A stretch of 54,194 nucleotides of DNA, the filler included, from Stramenopiles sp. TOSAG23-6 (Eukaryota), in assembly GCA_900128565.1 (NCBI GenBank). It is 2 parts of 2 records of this genome, joined end to end, with 100 filler letters (N's around TTAATTAATTAA, not from the genome) between each part and the next. Parts side by side here need not be neighbours in the genome. Positions count along the whole stretch, not along the records: positions 27,337 to 54,194 come from LT635983.1; 1 more part is not named here. The stretch is one strand, 5' to 3'. Under the pieces are notes generated by a model. That model saw only the letters and a program-made list of their open reading frames with translations. It had not been told where the DNA came from and made no database searches. The position numbers were made by a program, and so were the translations under genes. This document shows positions 44,639 to 54,194 of the stretch, piece after piece. Position 1 is the first letter of the stretch. Every line of letters begins with the position of its first letter.

Positions 44639-47600
44639 TCATTCGGATTGGACTTTACAACAATGTGCGCTATATTTTTTAGGTATTTCCATGTCCATGT
44701 TCAATTTACCTTCATCACAAACTGTGATGCCACTTGCTACACCTTTGCAGCCTCGTATATTTTGACTGACCATCTCTACAAGTACTCCATTTGCGCCTAC
44801 AATTGAATCAGTCCATCCACAGGGACACACATTCCTCCCTTCTAGGAAGAGTTGTACCATGTGTTCATGAGAACAAATTCGATGACCAATTGCTATACAT
44901 TCTGCATTTGCCTCAGAATATGTAAAATTACCGCGAACAGTTTCAATGTGTAAACCAGTAATATTGTCAAATTGTTTAGATAAATTTACAATTTTAGAAA
45001 TTTCAATAGATTTCAGATCGTCTACCTTTTCTTTCATGGATTTCATACCCGTTCTATATGCCCAAGTTTTAAGATCTGCATTAGCCGATAGGATGCGTGT
45101 AGAATTCATTTGATTTTCCTGCAGCAGTAACATTTCCAATGTCTTATTTCGTTTTACGCTTGCTTTCATTTCCTCAGCAGCTCTTGCATTTTCCATGGAA
45201 GCTTGTTTTGCTGCATTAGATATGAACATTTGATGTCCACTTCGACGCGATTTGAGCCTCATTTCATCATTTTCGGATAATCCAATTTCTGTATCATATA
45301 TATTCTGTTTAAAGGCTTCAATCTGTCTCAGTAAACTTTTCATTTTGTCAAAGTAATATTCAAGTACCTTTGAATCTAATATTGTTTCTGGAGTTTCACC
45401 CCCCTGAACAAGTATCCCTTCTCTCTCAAATCTTTTGACTTTCTGCTTTTCTTTGTCGCTTTTGATTTTTTGTCTTTTGAATCTCATGAGACTTGCTGTG
45501 GGGAAAAAATTCGTTTGGTTTTTAAAACTGTCTGAATTGATATTTAATGTAATTTTGGAAAAGGTATTTGATTTTCTTATACTTGAAACATGCTTGTTCA
45601 ATTCTTTGTGTAATAATTCATGATACTTAAAACCATTTCTTTCAAAATAAAAATCCATTTTTTGTCCAATAGATAAAAGCATGTCTTTAAATTTATCCTC
45701 TACATCCTTTGATTTCTTATACGCTTCTCTTAATGAAATGAGCGTTTCTTGATTTATCGTTGATATTTCTTTCCATTTATTGACTTCCATAATTTGAAAA
45801 TCTTCCAATAAACTTACAGCTTTTATTGCAGTATCAATAGTATCAACTACATTATTTTTTTTCTTTTGGTTCAAGTTTACTGTCAATAATTGACCAAACA
45901 AACTTCTGGCTCGTTCTGCGCTTACTTTCATTGCAATTATCCTAGTTTGAAAGTCAGCATCTATACGACGTATTATCTCCATAATTCTTTCATATGATTT
46001 TATTGTTATACGATTCATTTGATTTTTTTGAACATTGTAATCAAATAACACGGTCATTTTGAGCTGCTTTTTTAAGAGCACATCCTTTTCGTGCGCAGAC
46101 ATCATGCTATTTATTGTATGAAATAATTTGGTATCTGTGAAAGTTTCATTTACAACCACAAAATTATGCTTTATCTGCTCTGAAAAATCTTTTAGAATTT
46201 TGAACTTTTCCATTCTTGTTGTTGTTGTATTGGTATACAGCTGATTCAAACGCAAGTCATCATTCCATATTATAGTGTTTTGTATTAGAGAGTCAAGTTC
46301 CGACAGCAATGTTTCTTTGTAATATTTGAACTTTTTAGATACTTGGGAACGACGAAGTGCGAAAGCAGCTATTTCTACTATTCGAGATAGTTTGTCAAAT
46401 TTTACCTTCAAATTGGAAAGGTTTTGCGTACAATTTGTAAACTTATTTTCACTTTCTTTTACACGAGCTATAGCAACATTCATACTTACCTTTGCAAATT
46501 TTAAATTTGAAGCATTCGAAGATTTTTTTTCTTCATCTCTTACAATATTTTTTAATATCTCTTTATCAGCTTTTAATTGATCTGATACATCATGAACTTC
46601 TTTTTCCGCTTGAAGTATAGCCTGTCTTATCTTAACCCTTTTATCGTAAGTTTCGATGTATTTATGATTTAACACTTTTGTCGCTGCAGAAAATTTATTT
46701 GCTATTTCTTCAATTCGATCATGAAGAATTATTTTGTGTGACTTCTCTGCTTTAATAGCGTTAAATGACTGATGTTGAAGTTCTGTAATTAAATTTTGTT
46801 TCAATAGATAAATTTCAGATATGGCATTTGCAAGATCTTCATTAAATAAATTATAAATGCGAATTCCAGAATTTTGGAATGAATTCTCCATGAGCAATAA
46901 ACTATGCGTTTGATTGACCATGTTCATGTGATACTTTTTATAAAACTTTACTTGTTTTTCGTGTTTTTTCATACGATTTTCAATTTCGTCATTAAGATTA
47001 TCTGTTAATGTAGACATTGTTTTTAATAATTGAATGTGTAAATTTGGCAAAGACTCAACATTATTTGCCCATTCATTAATGTCTGCTTCCAATATGGGAA
47101 ATGATTCATACAAATAATCTACCAACTTTCTTTCCTCACCAATATTTTCGAATGCATCATCAACAGCATTCTTAATCAATGTGTGCAACGCCTGAGCACT
47201 GGTATAAACAGAAAGTGTACCTGTATGTTTGCTTGACTGTTTATTTCGTGCACTTGATTGTAATCTCGACAGCACTTTTCGAAAGCGAAACTTTTCAGAT
47301 TTTCCTGTTTCAGATGTAGACATTTTTTTCATTTCATTATTTAAGACATTAGAAACATGTTCATCGTGCTTCATAGTCTGTGATATTTGATTAAAAAAAT
47401 TCTTTTCATCACGAGCAAAGTTTAATAATTGCTGAATAGAATCGTATGTTCCAGATCGAACATTTTTATCATATACTTCCCACTTTTTTGATCGATTTAT
47501 AGCTTCATATAAGTCACTAGAAAACTTTACAACTTTTTTCTTTAAATTGATGAGATTATCTAGAATAGGAATATCCATGTCAGTAATCACCCTTTCAATA

Positions 47601-49108
47601 TCAGTAGTTCGAGTAAATATGTCTTTGACTTTTACACCACCTCCAATAAACAGATTTTTCATGATTTCCGTAAACTCTCGAGTACAATTAAATAAAGACA
47701 ATTTTGTCTTTTCTTTGCGAAGCTGTGCGTTCAGATATATCGATGACCATTTATTCTTAATATTTTGAATACGATGCATAGCTCGATCAATAAGTCCTAC
47801 GGATTCAGAGATTACTCTTAAAATATGACTTTGCTGTGGAGTTTTTCCTTGCATTTCTTCATTCGAAATTTCATTACTAACCATTTTTTTATATTTTTTC
47901 AGGGTTTCTTTAATCTCAGCAAATGTAGAGTTTTCTGAGATGTGTAGCTGATCCAATGACGTTGATTTTGATCGTGTGGTTTGCAAAGTGTGATTATCTG
48001 TAAAGTTGTTTGTGATATTTTTATGGGTTTCTACTATTTTAGTATTAAATGCAAAAAACATTTTGTTATTATGAGCGAATGGAAATTTCTCCAAATTTTC
48101 TTGAATAGTTTCCCTGAGAGGAGATGAAACATTCTCTGGATCTATATTCTCATTACTTCTATCCTCATGAAGCTTCTCATTACTCCTATCCTCATGAAGC
48201 TTCTCATTACTCCTATCTTCATGAAGCTTGCCTATTTCAATCTGAACTTTCTTAATTTTATCGTTAATGCCACTAAGAAAATCGTCACCCTTTTCAATAA
48301 ACGACGTTATATTCCTATTTAAATAATCCATTTTCGTTTGAAGTTCACTTGGATTATCAAGCAAGATAATATTTGGTTTTGGAGCAAATACATCAATTGG
48401 TTTTACATTATTTACCTCGTCTTTCAACTTCAAATATTTCGTGATATTTGCCGAAGTTGCCTTTAACTGACTCGCTTGACACTGAAAAAGCGATGAAACG
48501 TTTCTATTTTCTATGTGACGGTTTTCTAAAGAAAATGTAGTATTATTCAACAATCCAGCAGTTCTAGTAAGTGTTTCGTCAAATGTTTTGGTCACTTTCT
48601 CAATTTCAGCTGCTCGCGTGATAGATTTGTTATAATATTCGATCATTTCACCTACTTTGATGACTTCTTTAAACTTTTCAAGCAAAGTAAAATCTTTTTC
48701 ATCCTTATGTAGATTTTGACTACTACTCAATGATATAATGCGTTTCCCAGAGAAAATATTTGACTTTATTTGTCCAATGCTATCCACTACATTCTGAATA
48801 ATATCAATTGCACTTTGAAGAGACTTTACTCTTTGAGTCACGGCGTCAATTTCATATTTCTTTATTTTACCAGGATTTCCCCCATGTGGGTATTTGATTT
48901 CATGAGTAGTAATACCATCCACCAAAACACTATCACCATTCACTAGACTGCGTTCACATTGGGATAATTCTAACGCTCTATTGAGTCCACTCAACGTATT
49001 CGTAGCCGCAAGACTTATATGATTCGACCAATCTGTTCTGAGATTTGTTAATTTCCGTTCAACTTCTATTTTACGCTGTTCTATATATCGGCCACTTGGA
49101 ATGTTTTG
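44639..49108 (-). CDS. Very large coiled-coil protein with a C-terminal Link-module-like domain; 5'-truncated at the inversion junction
   Basis: The frame stays open to the junction at 49109. C-terminus reads FTYSEANAEC...VCPCGW...C...YSAHCC. Confidence 0.75.
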   Translation of the reverse strand, partial: QNIPSGRYIEQRKIEVERKLTNLRTDWSNHISLAATNTLSGLNRALELSQCERSLVNGDSVLVDGITTHEIKYPHGGNPGKIKKYEIDAVTQRVKSLQSAIDIIQNVVDSIGQIKSNIFSGKRIISLSSSQNLHKDEKDFTLLEKFKEVIKVGEMIEYYNKSITRAAEIEKVTKTFDETLTRTAGLLNNTTFSLENRHIENRNVSSLFQCQASQLKATSANITKYLKLKDEVNNVKPIDVFAPKPNIILLDNPSELQTKMDYLNRNITSFIEKGDDFLSGINDKIKKVQIEIGKLHEDRSNEKLHEDRSNEKLHEDRSNENIDPENVSSPLRETIQENLEKFPFAHNNKMFFAFNTKIVETHKNITNNFTDNHTLQTTRSKSTSLDQLHISENSTFAEIKETLKKYKKMVSNEISNEEMQGKTPQQSHILRVISESVGLIDRAMHRIQNIKNKWSSIYLNAQLRKEKTKLSLFNCTREFTEIMKNLFIGGGVKVKDIFTRTTDIERVITDMDIPILDNLINLKKKVVKFSSDLYEAINRSKKWEVYDKNVRSGTYDSIQQLLNFARDEKNFFNQISQTMKHDEHVSNVLNNEMKKMSTSETGKSEKFRFRKVLSRLQSSARNKQSSKHTGTLSVYTSAQALHTLIKNAVDDAFENIGEERKLVDYLYESFPILEADINEWANNVESLPNLHIQLLKTMSTLTDNLNDEIENRMKKHEKQVKFYKKYHMNMVNQTHSLLLMENSFQNSGIRIYNLFNEDLANAISEIYLLKQNLITELQHQSFNAIKAEKSHKIILHDRIEEIANKFSAATKVLNHKYIETYDKRVKIRQAILQAEKEVHDVSDQLKADKEILKNIVRDEEKKSSNASNLKFAKVSMNVAIARVKESENKFTNCTQNLSNLKVKFDKLSRIVEIAAFALRRSQVSKKFKYYKETLLSELDSLIQNTIIWNDDLRLNQLYTNTTTTRMEKFKILKDFSEQIKHNFVVVNETFTDTKLFHTINSMMSAHEKDVLLKKQLKMTVLFDYNVQKNQMNRITIKSYERIMEIIRRIDADFQTRIIAMKVSAERARSLFGQLLTVNLNQKKKNNVVDTIDTAIKAVSLLEDFQIMEVNKWKEISTINQETLISLREAYKKSKDVEDKFKDMLLSIGQKMDFYFERNGFKYHELLHKELNKHVSSIRKSNTFSKITLNINSDSFKNQTNFFPTASLMRFKRQKIKSDKEKQKVKRFEREGILVQGGETPETILDSKVLEYYFDKMKSLLRQIEAFKQNIYDTEIGLSENDEMRLKSRRSGHQMFISNAAKQASMENARAAEEMKASVKRNKTLEMLLLQENQMNSTRILSANADLKTWAYRTGMKSMKEKVDDLKSIEISKIVNLSKQFDNITGLHIETVRGNFTYSEANAECIAIGHRICSHEHMVQLFLEGRNVCPCGWTDSIVGANGVLVEMVSQNIRGCKGVASGITVCDEGKLNMDMEIPKKYSAHCCKVQSE
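48147..48229. repeat. 3 x 27-bp coding tandem repeat (KLHEDRSNE)
   Basis: ttctcattactcctatcctcatgaagc units. Confidence 0.85.
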
Positions 49109-49174
49109 AATAAATTGTTAGGTTAAAACTTTGTTATAAAAAAAAATAATTTGAGATTGATGATGAAAACGTAC

Positions 49175-52100
49175 CGTAGTACCACGATGTAAGAACAGTT
49201 TTGCAACCGCAGTGATTGCATTGTCCGATGCACATGCATTGTCACCCTCTCGAGCATTTGGGGCAGTCACAACAGCGACAAGTCTAGAAGATGCCTCGGT
49301 AGCTTGTGCAGGTGTAAATGCAGAACCTCCACGTTCTGCGCAAACACCTAAACCATAAACAGCTGATTGGCGTAATTCTGGATCAGGACTATTAGCACCA
49401 TTCAACATATAAGGGACTACAGATGGAACTAAAACAGCAGCCCCAGGCATGCAATATTCAATAATATCATCAGCAATGCAAAGAGCCGCAGTAGCTAATC
49501 CAGAACGAATTGAATCGCTAGCAACTGTCGAGGCATCAGTAGCAAAAAACGTGTCCGTAGAATTGTGATCTATCATATGAAGCATTGCCATAAGTAATTG
49601 TCCAAAATGTTGACTAAATGCATTAAAAATCTTCCCCTTCATCAACTTAGCTAACGCACCGATTACATCAATTGTAGTATTAAGTAAATCACCCTCTAAT
49701 TCTTCTTCCTCTTCTAACTGTATAAATGCAACATCATCAGCTTCAGCATCACCCATTCGCAAAGCACGACATGCATTGATTCGTCGTTTTATACTTGCAA
49801 TACAATTAGTTGAAATTACTTCAAATATCATGAGTATTACTGCATCTGTGAGAAACAATTGTACTCCATTTTCATTGGCAGCATGTTGTAACATTTCATC
49901 AAGGCTCTCATGGAGACAAACAATTAATTCGACTTCTTGTTCAACCTTTAATTGGTTCACTATAGCATTCACAGCAACTATAAACAATTGTTGAGGACCA
50001 TTTGACGTTTTTGTCGAAGGATTTTCCAAAAGGGATAAAAGAAGTTTTGGTAAAGACATCGCTGCAGCGACGCGAACATGTCCAGAGAATTGAAACGACA
50101 CCAAAGGCAGCAAGACACCAACAGTTTTTTCAACCCATGGAGCATATAACCCACCCATTGCCATCGCATATTCATACAACATATTACAAGCTAATGACTT
50201 TTCTTGAATTGCAGCAGTGTTAATACCTATTCTCTGTTTACCTGCCCCACGAACAATAACTTCCATAATCTCGCGACCTTCAAATAGTTCTTTATCAAGT
50301 TCTTCTGTACTGTCTTGGTGAACTAATACATCTTTATCTGCATTGGCAGCAGCATTTAGCAAAGACGGTAAAACAAGAGGTAAATACGGTACAAATTGTG
50401 ATCCCATCGTCTTTCCTATACGACAACATGTTTGTGCTATATACGATGCCTGAGGGTCATCAGGAGCAATACCATGTTGAAGAGTTGCGAGTAAAATATC
50501 CATCACCTCTTTTGCATCAATGGCAAATGTATCGTGAAAAGAAATGTAAAAAAAAATGGAGATTTTGTTAAGTACAAAATTTCGTATGAAAAAAAAATAA
50601 ATTTGAAATAAACGACGAAAACGTACACACTTCAGCACCAACACAGGATCCCAAAATACCAACGCATTCCATAGCCTTGCCGCGCAGTAATCTTTGCTCT
50701 TTTCCCGTAGCTCCTTTAAGTACAAATTTCATTAGGGGCATAAATGTACTATAAAAGTGACCAAAATCTTCACCAAGTACCTGGGCAATGCTTGCAACCG
50801 CCGTGATTGCATATTGTTGAGCTGCAATACAAGAGCTCATACGGAGTAAATCATGTAAGGCGCTAAGTACTCGAGGTGCCACAGATGAAATAATTTGTAC
50901 TGCTCCGACAGGTAATGCTTGTTGAGCAGTGCAAAATACACATAATGTATATGCAGCTTCAGCTTGTACTCGAGAAGTGGATTCTTTTATATCCAAAACT
51001 TTTGCCAATATTGATAAAACGCGTTTACCATGCACAACTTGAAAACTTTCTCCAGGTTTTGGACCACCCATAGCAATCTGTGCCTTTAGTTGTTGATTTG
51101 CCACACGTCCGTGGCCAGTGTTGTCCACTTCTGTTCCAGTGAAATATTCACAAAAAATACCAATCAAGTATGCAATTGCAAAACGAACGCGCTCTCCAGG
51201 AGAACCTTCAGGTTGGGATTGCTCAAGAAGAGGCAATAAAACATCAAATATTGAACTAATTGAGGACCACATTGGCGATGCACAGCATACTGCAAGTCCC
51301 ATAGTCCCTGCCCATTTTTCTTGCCATCTATTACTATTCAACATTGAAGAAATATGAGGCATTAACCTAGGAACAACTGCGGCACCACCGAGATTTTCGG
51401 ATAATCGTTCAAGAGCACTTCCAGCAACCCAGGCCTCATTATCGGTTTCTGCACAACCAAATGGTGACCGGTCAATAGAAGAACCCCATTCCTCGTCATC
51501 GTCTTCACTTACACGACAGAGCATTTTTAAACCAGAAAAAATTATTTCGTCAATTAAGCTCAAACCAGAAATTCCTTTGGCACCATTCGAATCTAAACGA
51601 CGAAGTATTGTGAAAAATATTTTTTTTTTTTTTTTGTTAGTAAAAAAAATCGTTAGGTACAAAATTTTCTATGAAAAAAAAAATAAATTCGAAATTGAAA
51701 TGATGGAAACGTACAACTGTTGAACTGCATTCCGTACAAAATGCAACTAACATCTCTAATGCAGATGACCTTGTAGCTGCTTCGAAATGGTCTGGATCAG
51801 GATGATTTAGTATAGAAAGCATTGAGTTGCACAGAGGGAGGGAGATTGTTGGAAGTCTAAAAAAAGCTGGCGCATTTTCACATGTGTCTGCCAGGGACTC
51901 CAACGCACTTGTTGCCACTTGCTCTTCTCCAGCAACAAGGGTAAACTGTATCGCACTCAATAAAGCAGGAAACATTTGTTGAAGTGGTACCCATTGTTCC
52001 TTTTCCAATGCAAGTATCAATGAAGCAAATGTTTGAACAGTGTAGCTACGAACTTTAGCATCCGGATCACTCAGCCTTGCCCCCAGCATTGAACAAAATT

Positions 52101-52575
52101 TTTCATAATGAGGTAATATTGCTGCACTTTCACAAGATAGTGCTAATGCACTACATAGATTTATAGCACTACGTCTGGCACCGATAGATTCTGAACATGT
52201 CATGTTAAGCACTCGAGGAATAAGCTCTGGCCAACCCTCAAGTGCAAAAGATGCAACAGCTGCAATGGCGTGGCTTAACTTGGTTTGAATATGCTCAGTA
52301 GCCTCTGATTCCATTGCAACCAATAGGGCATTTTTCGTGAAAGCACGTGCGCCATCATCTAACGATATCCATGCCTTTTTTACCATTTGGCGCACAAGAA
52401 CAGAACAAAAAGCGCGAGCTTGTGGTGATGGACACTGAAGTCCAAGCAAAAGCTGCTGAAGCACTTCTGTTGAGTTCGTAGAGACAGAATTAAAATATTG
52501 CTTCTCTGCTTGACCACGCGTAACATTATCTGGGCTACATAAACCTGTAAGAAGAGTCTGAAAAGTTGGGTCCAT
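49175..52575 (-). CDS. IPO5: Duplicate importin-5 lacking the last exon
   Basis: Mirror of 28956-32356; breaks inside intron 3. Confidence 0.7.
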
Positions 52576-52904
52576 CCTAAATATTTTCCCGGATCTACAA
52601 ATGATAAGAGAAGAAGCTCGTTCAGGAGATACCTAATCCTTCGGAATTAGATTGTTTGATGGTCAAGTATTCAATTTTTTCGCTGGCTCTTATAGGGTAC
52701 CGGGTACGTATCGCAGAAATTCAGCGCGTCTTTGACAATTGACTTGAGTTCTTTACTTCTTCCTACTTTTTACTACAGGTAATATTGTAGCTAGCCACTT
52801 GATTACGGACACTTTCCTAGAGAACTGTGTTAGACATTTGATTACATAGCACTGTATCAAGTAAGGCACATTATTGCTATATTTCTTTTCTTTCATTGTA
52901 GAAA

Positions 52905-54128
52905 ATGACCAATGCTACGAAAAGGAAGTATTCGTCTGAGACTGGTTCAGGTTCGTCTAAAAAATGTCGCCTCGCGGACTTAAAACAAAAGGGTTTTGTG
53001 AATTATAGTTCCACGGGTTGTTTGCAACAAAGAAAAGGTGGTGGTACCATCGAACTTCCTGCTATCGATTGGTCAAAACGAACCTTGACTGACTTTCGCC
53101 GGGATTTTTATACAGAACATAGTAAAGTTGCTAAACTCAGTGAGTCTGAGGTCACTTCTCTCCGAGCAAAAATGAATCTCACAGTAACAGAGCACGGCTC
53201 TCCGTTTCCAAATAGCAAAGCTTGGGTGAGTGGTTGTGTACCTGCCCCGGTAAAGGGATTTAAACGTAGTTCATTACCTCGTGTATATGTCGAGAAATTA
53301 TTGAGCCTTGGGTATAAAGCACCGACGTCAATTCAAAGTCAGTCTTGGCCAGTTACTCTACAAGGCAAAAATGTAGTAGGTTTAGCTCAGACTGGATCTG
53401 GTAAGACAGCCGCATTTCTATTGCCAGCAATGATACATGTCCAGGCACAAATGAAAGTCAAATCATCAAAACAAGGAGACACTGGGCCCATAGCTTTGAT
53501 CTTAGTTCCTACTAGAGAATTAGCCGTGCAAATTAAAGAAGAAGCGATGAAGTTGACACCAAAAAAATATGTTCACTCTTTGCGGTCTTGTCTATTATAT
53601 GGTGGTGCAAATAAAGCACCTCAGATTCGAAGTATGCAACGTGGTGCAGAGGTAAGTGTTATAGATTTTGAATTTCATTTTTATGTTTTTTATTTTTTTT
53701 ATTTTTTTTTATTTTTTTTATTTCTTTAGGTATAAAATGGGTGCAAAAACATTTTCAATTTCGAATTTGTCATTTGTCACTCTGCGACTGAAAATATAAT
53801 AATTTTGTAAAATCTATGAGGAAATTTGAACACACTTTGACGAGCGTATGTCTGATTATAGTTTGGGATGCAAAACCATGTCAGTGTTGGTATCCCTAAG
53901 ATGACGTCATTTTCTACTTCTGAGATTCAAAATTTTATTATTTTTTTTTCACCACATTCCGTACTATTATTATTCTTCTTTCTTTGAAATCATCTCATTA
54001 TCTACTTTTTCGAAAATAGTACAAATACTCACATGTTTTGTTATTTTACATATTTTCTACCAACTTAGATAGTTATAGCTACACCTGGAAGACTTTTAGA
54101 CCTTATGAATAGAAACATTTTTAACCTT
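52905..54128 (+). CDS. Duplicate partial DBP2-like DEAD-box helicase; exons 52905-53651, 54069-54128
   Basis: Mirror of 27403-28626. Confidence 0.75.
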
Positions 54129-54194
54129 GTATGTTGTCCACTTTACTTTACTTTACTTTACTTTACTTTACTTTACTTTACTTTACTTTACTTT

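Larger units (their letters stand above)
49109..54194 (-). repeat. 5086-bp inverted duplicate of 27337-32422
   Basis: Position p maps to 81531-p; the ORF translations are identical in both copies. Confidence 0.97.

Noticed and set aside
1103-51357. Many short overlapping or antisense ORFs in the ORF track
   Set aside because: They are shadows of real genes or translations of AT-rich introns, with no independent support.
27337-54194. Linear element or nanochromosome with (AAAGT)n telomeres and terminal inverted repeats
   Set aside because: The pentamer repeat lies inside an intron of a truncated housekeeping helicase, and the repeats contain ordinary cellular genes with no transposase, polymerase or capsid.

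Overview
Gene-dense, AT-rich eukaryotic DNA using the standard code. It is probably from a flagellated protist and possibly a single-cell-amplified assembly (inference). The window joins two contigs through an N spacer at 27237-27336. About 23 distinct protein genes and one tRNA-Phe are recognisable, including COG5, a PARP-like protein, a PAF-acetylhydrolase-like lipase, an LRR surface protein, an MFS sugar transporter, a PLP aminotransferase, a DBP2-like helicase, importin-5, a Tctex-1 light chain, a PH/C2/Sec6-like protein and a Bmt5-like methyltransferase. The main result is an unusual intron system. Seventeen distinct introns of one family (mostly 89-112 nt) share the layout GTAYGTTTT ... 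GTACGAAATTTTGTAC hairpin, CTAAC ... AAATATTTTTCACAATAC-NN. Twelve of them most plausibly end in AT, TT or TG rather than AG, judged by reading frame and conserved protein motifs. The last intron dinucleotide often repeats the last two bases of the upstream exon, like a 2-bp target-site duplication around a GTAY...ATAC terminal inverted repeat. This points to an introner-like origin and AG-independent 3' splice-site choice. The second contig carries a 5086-bp terminal inverted duplication (27337-32422 = 49109-54194) that is most likely an amplification or assembly chimera.
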